Shown here piece after piece: positions 42,280 to 52,599 of a stretch of DNA of 64,000 nucleotides. Numbering within the stretch: position 1 is the first letter of the stretch; every line of letters begins with the position of its first letter. Position numbers and translations under genes: made by a program. The stretch covers positions 150 through 64,149 of the forward strand of contig JACPHN010000192.1 of NCBI GenBank assembly GCA_016188575.1. The letters are read 5' to 3'. Under the pieces are notes generated by a model. It was given only the letters and a program-made list of their open reading frames with translations, did not search any database and was not told the origin of the DNA. The stretch comes from Candidatus Schekmanbacteria bacterium. Lineage in GTDB: Bacteria; CSSED10-310; JACPHN01.

Positions 42280-43209
42280 TCAGTCGCTCGCTCCTCCCGC
42301 CTCCAGCCACGCGATCAGCTCAGCCGCCAACACGTCTTCAGCGGCCGGCGCCCCGAGCATTCGCCACTCCGCACCCGGCGCGTGGCGAAACCACGTGATC
42401 TGGCGCTTCGCATACTGCCGGTGAGCTTGCTGCACGCGGCGAGTCGCCTCCGCGAGCGTGGCGCTACCCTCGAGCACCGCAATCCACGCCTCGTAGCCGA
42501 GCGCTTTGCGGCTCACCAGTGCCTCGCGAAGGCCTGCCTCGAGCAGCGCCCGCGTCTCGTCGATCACCCCATCGACCACCATCTGCTCGACGCGCCGGTC
42601 AATGCGCGCGTACAGCTCGTGGCGCGGGCGCGCCAGCACCACGAGGCGAGCTTGCCAGGGAGGGCGCGGGGTGCGGTAGTGGCCGTCGGTGAGCGCGGAC
42701 AGCGGCCGGCCCGCAAGCTCGATCACCTCGAGGGCGCGAACGATGCGCAGACCGTCATGGGGATGGATGCGCTCGGCCGAGGCGGCATCGAGGCGCGCGA
42801 GCCGCTCATGCAGAGCCGCGCTCCCCGCGGCGCGCAGCTCCGTCTCCAGGCGCTGGCGGCACGCCGCGTCCTCCGGCAGGTCAGTGAGCCCGCCGAGCAG
42901 CGCTCCGATGTAGAGGCCGGTCCCGCCGGCGACGATAACGGCCCCGCCGGCCGCATGAATCCGCGCGATGTACGCCCGCGCACGGCTCGCGTAGTCGCGC
43001 GCGGTAAAGCGTTCGGCCAAAGAGACTTCGCCGATCAGCCGGTGCGGAACGCCACTGCGCTCCGCCGCGGAGGGGCTGCAGACGCCGATGGTCAGCTCGC
43101 GGAAGAGCTGCCGGGAGTCGGCGCCGATGATTTCGCCCCGCGTGCGCGCGGCGACGCGTAGCGCCATGGCAGTCTTTCCACACGCCGTGGGGCCGGCGAG
43201 AACGAGCAC
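42280..43209 (-). CDS. miaA: tRNA dimethylallyltransferase
   Basis: VLVLAGPTACGKTAMAL..GEIIGADSRQLFRELTIG... GTG start at 43207-43209, chosen to avoid a 131-nt overlap with mutL. Confidence 0.9.
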   Translation of the reverse strand: MLVLAGPTACGKTAMALRVAARTRGEIIGADSRQLFRELTIGVCSPSAAERSGVPHRLIGEVSLAERFTARDYASRARAYIARIHAAGGAVIVAGGTGLYIGALLGGLTDLPEDAACRQRLETELRAAGSAALHERLARLDAASAERIHPHDGLRIVRALEVIELAGRPLSALTDGHYRTPRPPWQARLVVLARPRHELYARIDRRVEQMVVDGVIDETRALLEAGLREALVSRKALGYEAWIAVLEGSATLAEATRRVQQAHRQYAKRQITWFRHAPGAEWRMLGAPAAEDVLAAELIAWLEAGGASD

Positions 43210-43231
43210 GCGCGTCGGATCACCTGCCTGC

Positions 43232-45175
43232 TCAGCGCCGCGCAAAGGCCCGCTCGATGTCGCTGCGGTGGAGCTCGAGAACGACGGGCCTTCCATGGGG
43301 GCACGTGTAGGGCTGCTCGGTCTGCACGAGGCGCGCCAGGAGAGCGCGCATCTCTTCCTCATCCAAACGCCGGCCGGCCATCACCGCGCTCCGGCAGGAC
43401 ATGCGGGCGATGAGCTCCTCGCGCGCTGTCTCCACGTGGCGGCGCGCGGCGCCGGCGCCGCCGGGGCCCCGGAGGTCGTCGATGATGTCGTGCAGCAGCT
43501 TGAGCGCATCCGCAACGCCGGGAATCACCGGGGCCGCCCGCAAGACATAGGCGTGCTCGCCGAACGGCTCCAAGTCGAAGCCGACCTGCCGCAGTGACGG
43601 AAGGTTCGCGGCCACCCCTGCCCGCGCCTCCGCGGGCAGCTCGATCAGCGGCGGTGTCAACAGACGCTGGCGCGTAATCGGCTCGCCCTTCAGGGCGCGG
43701 CGAAAGGCGTCGAACAAGACCCGTTCGTGAGCCACATGCTGGTCGACGATCAGCAGCCCCGAGGGGGCACCAAGCACAATGTACGTGTTCAGAATCTGGC
43801 CCAGGATCGGCAGCGACGCGAGCTCGCCGCGCTGACCTTCGACGTGGGGCTGCAGGCCGAACGGCAGACGCGCGGGCCCGAGTGGCTCCGCCGCACCGGC
43901 GTTCGCCGCTGCTGCCAAAGATGCCGCCGACGCCCCGCCGCCCGCGGTCGCGGCACCGGACCCGCCGCCTGCGGTCGGCCACGGATAAGCCGAGGCGGTG
44001 GGACGAACACCGGGTGCAAAGGGATCGTGGAGCACGAGCGGGCCGAATGCAAACGCCCCGGCGGTGGCCTCGGCCCCGCCGCCAGCCGCCGGCGGGTAGG
44101 CCAACCCCGGCGCGAAGACGCTCTCGTCCGCCATGGCCGCGCCCGGCGCGCTGCCGACTGCACGCCGAATCGCCATGACCACCGCTCGCTGCACCTCGCC
44201 AGGCCGCCGAAAGCGGACCTCCGACTTGGCCGGGTGCACGTTGACGTCGACAAGCTCCGGCGAAACGTCCAGAAAAAGGTAGCATACCGGGTGCCGGCCA
44301 CTCGGCAGGGCGCTCTGATACGCCTCATACAGGGCGCGCGTCAGACCACGGTCGGCGATGGGCCGGCGATTGACGAAGAAGTGCTGTTCCGTGCGGCCGG
44401 CGCGGTGCAGGCTCGGAAGCCCCGTCATGCCCGTGACCACCACGCCACCGCCGCCGTCACCGCCATCGCCCGCAGGCGGCACCGCCACGAGCTGGCGGGC
44501 GATTTCGCTACCCGCCAGCGCACAAACTCGCCCGCCGAGATCGTGTCCCGGTGGCACGCCGAGCAGCTCTCGGCGATCGTGCAACAAGCGAAAGCCCACG
44601 CCGGGATTCGCCAGCGCGGTGAGCAGTACCATGCGCGTGCAGTGCGCCAGCTCGGTGTCCCGCGAGCGCAGGAACTTCCGCCGCGCCGGCGTGGCAAAAA
44701 ACAGGTTGGCGACTTCCACCGCCGTGCCCACGGGAAACCCGATCGCCTCCACGGAGAGCTTCTTGCCCGCAGAGTAGCGCACCTCGACACCCGGACCCGC
44801 CGGATCATCGCAAGTCTTCAGCGTGAGCTGCGACACCGAGGCAATGGCCGGCAGCGCTTCGCCGCGGAATCCGAGGGTGCGGATCCGCTCGAGATCCTCC
44901 ACCACCGCGATCTTGCTCGTCGCGTGCCGCTCGAATGCGATCTCGGCATCGCCGCGCGACATGCCGCAGCCGTCGTCACTGACGCTGATCGCCGCGACGC
45001 CGCCCTGCTCGAGCTGCACCGTGACGCGGGTCGCGCCGGCGTCGAGCGCGTTCTCCAGGAGCTCCTTGACGACTGACGCCGGCCGCTCGACAACCTCGCC
45101 CGCCGCGATGCGGTTGGCTACGTAGTCGGGTAGGCGCCGAATCTTTCCGGTGCCGGGTTCAGGCGTTGGGCTCAT
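43232..45175 (-). CDS. mutL: DNA mismatch repair protein MutL
   Basis: IRRLPDYVANRIAAGEVVERPASVVKELLENALDAGAT (GHKL ATPase). C-terminal ..TCPHGRP.. motif. Confidence 0.95.
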   Translation of the reverse strand: MSPTPEPGTGKIRRLPDYVANRIAAGEVVERPASVVKELLENALDAGATRVTVQLEQGGVAAISVSDDGCGMSRGDAEIAFERHATSKIAVVEDLERIRTLGFRGEALPAIASVSQLTLKTCDDPAGPGVEVRYSAGKKLSVEAIGFPVGTAVEVANLFFATPARRKFLRSRDTELAHCTRMVLLTALANPGVGFRLLHDRRELLGVPPGHDLGGRVCALAGSEIARQLVAVPPAGDGGDGGGGVVVTGMTGLPSLHRAGRTEQHFFVNRRPIADRGLTRALYEAYQSALPSGRHPVCYLFLDVSPELVDVNVHPAKSEVRFRRPGEVQRAVVMAIRRAVGSAPGAAMADESVFAPGLAYPPAAGGGAEATAGAFAFGPLVLHDPFAPGVRPTASAYPWPTAGGGSGAATAGGGASAASLAAAANAGAAEPLGPARLPFGLQPHVEGQRGELASLPILGQILNTYIVLGAPSGLLIVDQHVAHERVLFDAFRRALKGEPITRQRLLTPPLIELPAEARAGVAANLPSLRQVGFDLEPFGEHAYVLRAAPVIPGVADALKLLHDIIDDLRGPGGAGAARRHVETAREELIARMSCRSAVMAGRRLDEEEMRALLARLVQTEQPYTCPHGRPVVLELHRSDIERAFARR

Positions 45176-46262
45176 GTTTTCTTGTTGCCTTGTGGGCGAG
45201 CACGATCCGGCAGATCGCGGCGCCCATTTCGTCGACGGGTAGGGTCGCGACGCTGGCGCCGGTGGCGATGACGGCCTCGGGCATGCTGGACACCAGCGCG
45301 GTCGACTGGTGCTCCACCAGCACCGGCACCCCTTGCAGGCAAAGCGCCGCCGCCCCCCGCGCCCCGTCCGTCCCCATGCCGGTAAGCACGGCCGTCACGG
45401 ACACTGCGACGCGGCAGTCCAGCGCCGACAAGAACAGGCGGTCGATCGCCGGCACATAAACTTCCGCGGCGGCGGAGGGTTCCAGGCGAAACCGCAGCAC
45501 TCCGTCGCCGCCGCGAGCGAAGAGCGTGTGACACCCACCCGGCGCCACGCTCACGGCACGAGCACCCGGCCGGTTCCCCTCCTTGATCTCCTCGACGCGC
45601 AGGGCGATCTCCCGGTCAAGGCGCTCGGCAAACGAGGCCGTGAACTTGCCAGGCATGTGCAGAGCCGCCACCACTGCCGCGGGAAAGGTCGGTGGCAGCT
45701 TGCGGAGAATGGCCTGAATGGCGCGCGTCCCGCCGGTCGATGCGCCGATGAGCACGATCAGGGGATCCGCAATATCGACGACGGGCTCCGGCGCGAGGCC
45801 CGGCCGCAAGCGCGCGAGCAGCTCATGCGCGGCGGCCTCGCGTTGCTCCACCGTCAGGCGGGCGGCGGCCGCGGCTTTGCGAATCGCAATCACGCACGGG
45901 TCATCGGAAGAGGACTCCGCCATTTCCTCGGAAATGACCGAAAAGTCGACCGCGCCGAGCTCGGCGGCGCGCCCGAGCCGGCTATCCGACGGCGACGAGC
46001 AGATCACCGTCACGGCGGCCGTGCGATCTCGGCTCATCCAGTGCAGGATGGAGCGCGAGTCGAGGTCGATCGTGTCCAGTGCCACGATCACGCAATCCGG
46101 CTGGCGCGACCGCACGAGCTCCGACGCGTCCAGAGCCGTGCTAGCCACGCCCGCCAGGCAAACCCCCGGCGCCTCGCGAGCGGCCGCGGTCAACCGCGAA
46201 GCGCGCCCCGAGCGGTCATCCACAATCAGCACCGTTACTTCTTTCGGCGTGGCTGCCATCAA
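45159..46262 (-). CDS. cheB: Chemotaxis response regulator / protein-glutamate methylesterase CheB
   Basis: N-terminal receiver (VLIVDD...). C-terminal ..LIGASTGGTRA.., ..HMP.. and ..TGMGTDGA.. form the methylesterase triad context. Confidence 0.9.
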   Translation of the reverse strand: MMAATPKEVTVLIVDDRSGRASRLTAAAREAPGVCLAGVASTALDASELVRSRQPDCVIVALDTIDLDSRSILHWMSRDRTAAVTVICSSPSDSRLGRAAELGAVDFSVISEEMAESSSDDPCVIAIRKAAAAARLTVEQREAAAHELLARLRPGLAPEPVVDIADPLIVLIGASTGGTRAIQAILRKLPPTFPAAVVAALHMPGKFTASFAERLDREIALRVEEIKEGNRPGARAVSVAPGGCHTLFARGGDGVLRFRLEPSAAAEVYVPAIDRLFLSALDCRVAVSVTAVLTGMGTDGARGAAALCLQGVPVLVEHQSTALVSSMPEAVIATGASVATLPVDEMGAAICRIVLAHKATRKHEPNA

Positions 46263-46299
46263 CTCACGTCCCGCGGCTCCACACTTCTGCCTGACGCTG

Positions 46300-47265
46300 T
46301 CAAGAGCGATCGAAGCCCCGCGTCAGCGTCCGGTGCCCCAGCCCACCCAGTCCATTCGTCTCGGGCGGCGACTCACTGCCAGCCGCGCCGGGCGCACCGG
46401 GCAATGGATCATATCCGCCTCTCTGGTACACCATGTCATTACGAAAATGGCGCAATCGAAATGCCGTCGACAGGTTCATCAGCGATTCCGAGTGACCGAG
46501 CAGCAAGAAACCACCGTCATTCAGGCATTCGTAGAAGCTCTGGACAACGTTCTTACGAGCTTCGGGATGGAAATAGATGAATACGTTCCGACACAAGATC
46601 ACGTCCATCGCAGACAAAAGCTTGATTCTGCCTTTATCCAGCAGATTCAGCCAGCCGAAATTGATCATGGTCTTGAGCTCGTCGGAAACGTGATATTTGA
46701 AGCCGACTTTCTTGAAATACTTCTGCAAGTAGCCCCGGTCGGTGGCGCGGAATGAATTTTCTCCATAGACACCGCGGCGGGCGACCTCGAGGACGCGCTT
46801 GGAGATATCGCTGGCAAAGACCTCCACATCCCACTCGTCGAAGACCTGCATTTCCCGGATGAGCATGGCGAGCGTGTACGGTTCCTCGCCGGTGCTGCAT
46901 CCGGCGCTCCAGATGCGCAGGCGCCGCAGTCCCGAGCGCAGGTTGCGGGCGCGAACCTCCGGAAGAATTTCATCGCTGAGCGCGCGAAGCTGCGGCATCT
47001 CGCGGAAGAAATAGGTCTCGTTAGTCGTCAGCACGTCGACCAGGCATTCCAGCTCCGCGGCGTGATCCCGGTCGTATTTGAGATAGTAGTAGTAGTCCTG
47101 GAAACCGCTCAGTTGGTGGTAGCTAACGCGCGACGTGAGCCGTTTCTGGAGGAGAAATCGGGAGTCATCGTCGAAATAGATGCCGCAGTGGCTATAGATC
47201 AGCTTGCGGAGAAGCCGGAATACCTCTTCCGAAAGCTCGTGCTCGACTTCGGGCTCTTGCGACAT
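46300..47265 (-). CDS. cheR: Chemotaxis protein methyltransferase CheR
   Basis: Start at MSQEPEV (ATG 47263-47265). ..TNETYFFRE.., ..IWSAGCSTGEEPYTLAM.. and ..DVILCRNVFIYF are CheR SAM-MTase motifs. The tracked 154-aa Arg-rich N-extension is rejected. Confidence 0.9.
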   Translation of the reverse strand: MSQEPEVEHELSEEVFRLLRKLIYSHCGIYFDDDSRFLLQKRLTSRVSYHQLSGFQDYYYYLKYDRDHAAELECLVDVLTTNETYFFREMPQLRALSDEILPEVRARNLRSGLRRLRIWSAGCSTGEEPYTLAMLIREMQVFDEWDVEVFASDISKRVLEVARRGVYGENSFRATDRGYLQKYFKKVGFKYHVSDELKTMINFGWLNLLDKGRIKLLSAMDVILCRNVFIYFHPEARKNVVQSFYECLNDGGFLLLGHSESLMNLSTAFRLRHFRNDMVYQRGGYDPLPGAPGAAGSESPPETNGLGGLGHRTLTRGFDRS

Positions 47266-47267
47266 CG

Positions 47268-49532
47268 CTAGTCTCGTCCCTGGGTGGAGCGCGCCGCCGG
47301 ATCGGCATCGTCGAGTGCCTCGCGCAGCGCATAGAGGAGCGCCAACCCCGGTCCGTGGAGCTCGGGGCCGGTGGCGTACAGGTAGCCAGGATCGCGGTTG
47401 GCCAGCGCGCGCAGTGAGAAGAACGCCGCCTTGCGGATCTCCGGTCGGGCGTCGCCAAGAGCCGAAAGCAGCACTTCGGCAGTGACACTGTCGTCGTCCC
47501 GCGGCCCGAGCTCCGCGAGCGCTCCAATGGCGCGCACACGCACGGCGGTGTCCTCGTTCTCGTCGGCGGCCACGCGGTGCAGGAGCGGCAGGGCAGCCTC
47601 GCTGCGGGTGCCGCCGAGCGCCTCCACCACGGCAGAGCGCATGCGCCAGTCCGAGGACTCCAGTTGCGCCGCCAAAACCTCGGTGGCGTCGGGCTCCGGC
47701 AGGCTCCCCAGCGCCAGACACGCCCAACGCCTGACCTCCGGTTCGTCATCCTTGAGTCGCCCCAGGACCGCGGTGCGCACCCCCCGGGGCCGCATGCGGT
47801 GTAGCGCCTTGAGCGCGGCAATGCGCAACACGTCCACCGGCGAGTCGAGCAGCTTGAGCAGCGCGGGCAGAGCGCGGAGATCCGCGAGCTTCGCCACCCC
47901 CTCCGCGGCGCTGCATGCGCTCCACACGTCGCGGTCCTCCATGGCCATGAGCAGCGGTTCCACGGCCGTTTCGTCGCCATAGTCGCCGAGCAGCACGGCC
48001 GCCGCCTTACGCACTCGCGGCTCCTCGTCGGTGAGCGCCAGCGCAAAATGACGAACGGCGCGCGCACCTTCCAGCTCGCCCAGCGCCAGCAACGAGCGCC
48101 TCCGCACCTCGCCATCGTCGTCGCGAATCCCCTTGACCAGCAGTGGCGCGGCGTCTGCGGTGCCGAGGCCGCCCATGACGCTGACCAGATTGCGGCGTAG
48201 ACGCGGTTCCGAGCTCGGATAGAGAGCGGCGAGCCGCGCCAGCAGCTCGTCACCGCCGATCCGTTGCAGGCTCCTCACCGCCGCGGCCTGAACGTCGGGA
48301 TACGGGTCCGACAAGAGATTCAACAGCGTCTCCCTGGCGAAAGCGTCGCGGAGCTCGCCCAGGGCACGTGCGCACGTGGCACGCACGTGCCCGTTGGGGT
48401 CCGCCAGGCCGGCCCGCAGGACTTCGCGGGGGGCGCGAGGCCCGAGTCCGGCGAGGACGAGGGCGACGGCCTGGCGTTCGCGTTCGTCTCCGCCCTGCAT
48501 TTTCTCGAGGATCGTGGGGAACGCCGCATCGCCCATGGCGATCAGAGCCGCGACTGCCGGCACCTGCACCTCTTCGTCGGTGATCAGCTCCAGGAGCAGC
48601 GGGATGGCCTTGGCAGCAGGAACCACGCGCAGGAGCAAGAGCGCTCCCAGGCGCACGCGTTCGTCCAGACTATCCAGCGCGGCCATCGCGGCGTTTGCGA
48701 GCTGCGTGGCGGCGGGGTGTAGCGCCGCAAACCTCGGCACGGCGTCGCGATCGAGCTCCGACAGCGCGAAGGCGTGTTGCAATCCGTCGTGGAGGCGGCC
48801 GAGAGCCCCGATCGCGACCTGCTCCGTCGCCGCGTCTCGTGACGCCACCAGGTCCAGAAGCGGGCCGATCGCATTGGGGTCGCCGATCTCCGCGAGCGCG
48901 TCGACGATGGGCTTGCGCAGCGCGCGATCGGAAAGGAGCCCGAGCAGCACCGGCACCGCCCTCGGATCGCGGATCTTGCCAAGGCTGATGACGGCGGTGA
49001 AGCGCGTCCAGAGCTCGGCAGTCCGAGCGATCTCCAGCAGCGGCAAGACCGCGCGCGCATCTTGAATCTTCCCCAGAGCTTCCACGGCCGCGGCGCGAAC
49101 GTTGTCGTCTTCGTCCTTGAGAAGCTGCACGAGGCGGGGGACGGCCGCGCCGTCGCCGATTTCGCCGAGAATGTCGGTCACGAACTTGCGCACGTCAGGG
49201 TCCGGGTCCGTGCTACTGCCCAGGAGGTACGGCAGCGCCGAGGAGCCAAATCGCGTCAGCGCCTCGACCGCGGCGTTGCGCATGCCGGCGTTGTCGCCGG
49301 CGCGCAACGCGTCGATGAGGCGGGGCGCCACCACGTCGGCACCGAGAAGCACCAGCGACTCGACCGCGGTCTTGCGCACTCGCCAGTCGACATCGCCGAG
49401 CACGCCGATGAGCTGAACTACCCCCTTGTTGCCCCACCGCTGCGCGATCTCCTGCACTGCGAGGCGACGGCGTTCCTCGTCTTCGTGACCGAGCTCGTGA
49501 AGCAGGTCGGAAAAGGTGGGTTCTCGCAGCAT
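47268..49532 (-). CDS. HEAT-repeat (PBS-lyase-like) protein embedded in the che cluster
   Basis: More than 15 tandem ~31-aa units of the form D..VR..A..ALG.(I/L)G...A...L...L.D. Confidence 0.8.
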   Translation of the reverse strand: MLREPTFSDLLHELGHEDEERRRLAVQEIAQRWGNKGVVQLIGVLGDVDWRVRKTAVESLVLLGADVVAPRLIDALRAGDNAGMRNAAVEALTRFGSSALPYLLGSSTDPDPDVRKFVTDILGEIGDGAAVPRLVQLLKDEDDNVRAAAVEALGKIQDARAVLPLLEIARTAELWTRFTAVISLGKIRDPRAVPVLLGLLSDRALRKPIVDALAEIGDPNAIGPLLDLVASRDAATEQVAIGALGRLHDGLQHAFALSELDRDAVPRFAALHPAATQLANAAMAALDSLDERVRLGALLLLRVVPAAKAIPLLLELITDEEVQVPAVAALIAMGDAAFPTILEKMQGGDERERQAVALVLAGLGPRAPREVLRAGLADPNGHVRATCARALGELRDAFARETLLNLLSDPYPDVQAAAVRSLQRIGGDELLARLAALYPSSEPRLRRNLVSVMGGLGTADAAPLLVKGIRDDDGEVRRRSLLALGELEGARAVRHFALALTDEEPRVRKAAAVLLGDYGDETAVEPLLMAMEDRDVWSACSAAEGVAKLADLRALPALLKLLDSPVDVLRIAALKALHRMRPRGVRTAVLGRLKDDEPEVRRWACLALGSLPEPDATEVLAAQLESSDWRMRSAVVEALGGTRSEAALPLLHRVAADENEDTAVRVRAIGALAELGPRDDDSVTAEVLLSALGDARPEIRKAAFFSLRALANRDPGYLYATGPELHGPGLALLYALREALDDADPAARSTQGRD

Positions 49533-49535
49533 GGC

Positions 49536-50033
49536 TCACTCCACCGGCAGCAGCGTGGTCAGGTTGAGAAGCGAAACGATTTCGTCCGATTTCATCCGCA
49601 CGATACCGGAAAGAAAGCTCCCGGTCGCCGCTGGCAGCGTGGCCGGGGGAGGCTCGACTGCCGCGAGGTCGAGCCGAGTCACGGCGATGACGCTGTCCAC
49701 GACCAGTCCCACGGGTTCTTCGTCCGGTCGGACGACGATCACCCGGGTCATCTTGTCCGGCGAGCGCGGCGGCATGTTCATGCGGCGGCGCAGGTCGACG
49801 ATGGGAACGATGCGGCCGCGGGCGCTGGTGATGCCCAGGTAAAAGCTCGGGGAGCGGGGCACAAAGGTGATGGCCGGCATCATCGTGATCTCGTCCAGAC
49901 TGAGGATTTCCAGACCGTAGAGGCGGCCCTCGAGCGCGAACAGGACGACGTTGGCAGCTTCCAGGCGCGCAGCGACTCCCGACGGCGCCGCGTGGGTCAG
50001 CGCCAGACCGGTAGATGGTGCCTCGCGGTTCAT
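49536..50033 (-). CDS. cheW: Chemotaxis coupling protein CheW
   Basis: Start at MNREAPS (ATGA overlap with the cheA stop). ..LFALEGRLYGLEI..V.EI.......VP..P....G....RG.IVPIVDLR.. is a CheW-like domain. Confidence 0.9.
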   Translation of the reverse strand: MNREAPSTGLALTHAAPSGVAARLEAANVVLFALEGRLYGLEILSLDEITMMPAITFVPRSPSFYLGITSARGRIVPIVDLRRRMNMPPRSPDKMTRVIVVRPDEEPVGLVVDSVIAVTRLDLAAVEPPPATLPAATGSFLSGIVRMKSDEIVSLLNLTTLLPVE

Positions 50034-52213
50034 GATCGTCGTGCTTCCTTTGCGGAATCCTGTCCCGCGGTCACCTCCGCCACAATGGCGCGTATGTCCA
50101 GCACGAGCACGGTTTGAAAGTTGCCGAGCTCTGCCGCGCCCGCGACTCCGGGGGTCGGCGCGAGCCGCCGTCCGAGGCCCTTGATAACGATCTCTCGTTG
50201 ACCGACGAGCTCGTCGACGAGCAGCCCGAGCCACTGGGCGGCGGAACGTACGATCACGACGAACCGCGGCACACCCGGCACGTCGCCGTTCAGGCACAAA
50301 ACCCGCGCGAGCCTGACCAAGGGCAAGGTGCGATCCCGCAATAGCAAGACCTCCTGCCCCTCCACCAGCCGCACCCTGTCTGCCAGCACCCGCTGGTTCT
50401 CGACGATATTGGTCAGCGGCAGGGCGAAAACCTCCCCGGCGGCGCGCACGAGCAAGACGGAGATGATCGCCAGACTGCTCGGCAGCGTCAGGGTCAGGCG
50501 CGTGCCGCGGCCGACCTCGGTGTCGATGTCGATCATCCCGTTCAGCTCGGCAATCCGGTTGCGCACCACGTCCATGCCGACGCCGCGACCGGAAAGCTCC
50601 GAGACCGCCGCGGCCGTCGAGAAGCCCGGCTGAAAGATGAGCGCCAGAACCTCCTTTTTGCTCGCCGGTATCTCGCCCGCCACGATCCCTTTTTCCAGGG
50701 CCTTTGCCCAGACCTTGTGGGGATCGATTCCCTTGCCGTCGTCCTCGATCGCGATCTCGACGCTGTTCCCACGCTGTGCGGCGCGGATGTGGACCTCGCC
50801 GATGGGGCTCTTGCCTTCCATGATGCGCTCGTTGGGGGTCTCGATGCCGTGATCGACGGCGTTGCGAACGATGTGCACCATCGGATCGAGTAGCTCTTCG
50901 ACGATCATCTTGTCGATCTCGGTGGCGCCCCCGTCCACGAACAGGTCGACCTCCTTGTCTGTCGATCGCGAGGCCTGACGGACGATGCGGTGGAGCTTGC
51001 TGAAAACGGTGTCCAGTGGCACCATGCGCACGCCAAGGACGTCCGTCTGAAGCTGAATCAGGCGCCGTTCAAGCTGCCGCGAGGCGCGATGCAGCGCGTC
51101 GGCCAGCGAAAAGTTGGTGCGCTCGGCGCGAAAGCGCGCCGCCAGGCTCGCCAGCTCCGCCTTGGACAGCATCAGCTCGCCCACACTGTTCATCAGGCGA
51201 TCGATCCGTTCCACGTCGACGCGTACGGTCTTGCCAACCGCGGCGTCGGCGCGGCGCCGTTCCGCCTCTGCGGGCGAGGCGGGCTCGGCCACTTCCGCCG
51301 CGCGCACCGGCGGCGCCACTTCCCACCCGGGTCGCGCCACGACTTCCGGCCTCGCCGCGCGCATCTCCGGCCCTTCGTCGAGCTCCAGCGCCAGCGGTCC
51401 GAGCTCGTCCGCCGCCTCCCCGGGACGCTCCGCCGGCGCCGCGACTGCAGCTCGCGGGGGCGCTGCGCTCGACCGGGACTGCACCGAGGTGAGCCGCGCT
51501 CGGTAGGCCGCAAACCGGCTTTCGAGCTCCCCAAGATCCAGTCGCGAGGCTACCAGGAGATTGAACTGAATCACATTGTCGGGGCCGGAGTCCAGGCTCG
51601 GCATCGTCGTGATGACCTCTCCGAACTCCCCGAACGCCTCGTTGATCGCCGCCAAGTCCTCGTCAAACGTGTCAAAGCTGAACGTGACGTTCAGCATGGC
51701 GATGTGCGCGCCGCGGTTGATGTTGTCGGCCAACCGGTGCTCCTCATACTCGGTCAAGACGTCGAGCACCTCGTTGCTCAGGTCGAGCTGCGCCAGCACG
51801 CTCTTTTGATCGTGCTCCTGTTTCTGCGCGAGGAGTGCCTGAATGCGCGCGCGAAACGGTACCAGGTCCGGCTCGGGATTGTCCGAGGGCATGGCGGCGT
51901 TCAGCACGAGCGCATTCAGCACGTCGAGGCTATCGAAGAGCAAGTCGAGCAGGTCGCGGCTGATGGCCAGCCGCCCCAGACGCGTCTGGTCCAGCAGGTT
52001 CTCGAGCTCGTGGCTGAGGTTGGCGATGATCTGGTAGCCGAGCATTCCCGCGAGGCCCTTCAGGGAGTGCATCACGCGGAAGATGGTGTTGACCAGGTCA
52101 GGTTTGATGAGATTCTGTTCCTCGGCGCTCTCGATCTCGGCCAGGTTGCGGCTCAGCTCATCGATCATCTCCTCTGCTTCCGCGAGGAATTCGGAACGAG
52201 AATCCTGTCCCAT
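50030..52213 (-). CDS. cheA: Chemotaxis histidine kinase CheA
   Basis: HPt (FRVMHSLKGLAGMLG). Dimerisation and HATPase_c domains (..HIVRNAVDHGIE.., ..DDGKGID.., ..GRGVGMDVV..). C-terminal CheW-like domain. Confidence 0.95.
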   Translation of the reverse strand: MGQDSRSEFLAEAEEMIDELSRNLAEIESAEEQNLIKPDLVNTIFRVMHSLKGLAGMLGYQIIANLSHELENLLDQTRLGRLAISRDLLDLLFDSLDVLNALVLNAAMPSDNPEPDLVPFRARIQALLAQKQEHDQKSVLAQLDLSNEVLDVLTEYEEHRLADNINRGAHIAMLNVTFSFDTFDEDLAAINEAFGEFGEVITTMPSLDSGPDNVIQFNLLVASRLDLGELESRFAAYRARLTSVQSRSSAAPPRAAVAAPAERPGEAADELGPLALELDEGPEMRAARPEVVARPGWEVAPPVRAAEVAEPASPAEAERRRADAAVGKTVRVDVERIDRLMNSVGELMLSKAELASLAARFRAERTNFSLADALHRASRQLERRLIQLQTDVLGVRMVPLDTVFSKLHRIVRQASRSTDKEVDLFVDGGATEIDKMIVEELLDPMVHIVRNAVDHGIETPNERIMEGKSPIGEVHIRAAQRGNSVEIAIEDDGKGIDPHKVWAKALEKGIVAGEIPASKKEVLALIFQPGFSTAAAVSELSGRGVGMDVVRNRIAELNGMIDIDTEVGRGTRLTLTLPSSLAIISVLLVRAAGEVFALPLTNIVENQRVLADRVRLVEGQEVLLLRDRTLPLVRLARVLCLNGDVPGVPRFVVIVRSAAQWLGLLVDELVGQREIVIKGLGRRLAPTPGVAGAAELGNFQTVLVLDIRAIVAEVTAGQDSAKEARRS

Positions 52214-52218
52214 CGACG

Positions 52219-52599
52219 TCAGTTGGCCTCACTTAGCCCCAGCAGCGGACACAAAACAGCGCGCAGGGTTCGCGGATCGAAGGGCTTGGTCACGTACTGG
52301 CGGGCGCCGAGCTCGAGAGCCCGGTCGCGGTCGCGCGCCGCGCTTTCCGAGGAAACGATGACGATGGGGATGTGCCGGTACCGCTCGTTGCGGCTCATGA
52401 ACGCCACGACTTCGAGCCCGTTGATATCGGGCATGTTAATGTCCGTGAGCACCAGATCGAATGCTTCGGTCGGCAGCACGCGCAGCGCCTCGAACCCCGA
52501 AGACGCCTCCACGATGCGGAGATCTCCGAGGTCCTGAAGCGCGCTCGCGATGATCGACCTCGTCGCACTCGAGTCGTCAACCAACAAGATCGACTTCAA
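52219..52599 (-). CDS. cheY: CheY-like single-domain response regulator
   Basis: ILLVDDS..., ..LVLTDINMPDINGLE.. and ..PIVIVSSE...K are the receiver D/D/T-S/K residues. Confidence 0.9.
   Translation of the reverse strand: MKSILLVDDSSATRSIIASALQDLGDLRIVEASSGFEALRVLPTEAFDLVLTDINMPDINGLEVVAFMSRNERYRHIPIVIVSSESAARDRDRALELGARQYVTKPFDPRTLRAVLCPLLGLSEAN

Noticed and set aside
46300-47727. 475-aa version of CheR, and the similar N-terminal extensions tracked for eutA (36527), eutB (34930), eutC (33560), cheW (50297), miaA (43362), phnD (61975) and the M43 protease (62123).
   Set aside because: The extensions are Arg/Pro-rich, overlap the upstream genes, and precede internal ATG/GTG codons that give canonical N-termini or signal peptides, often with stop-start overlaps (ATGA, GTGA).
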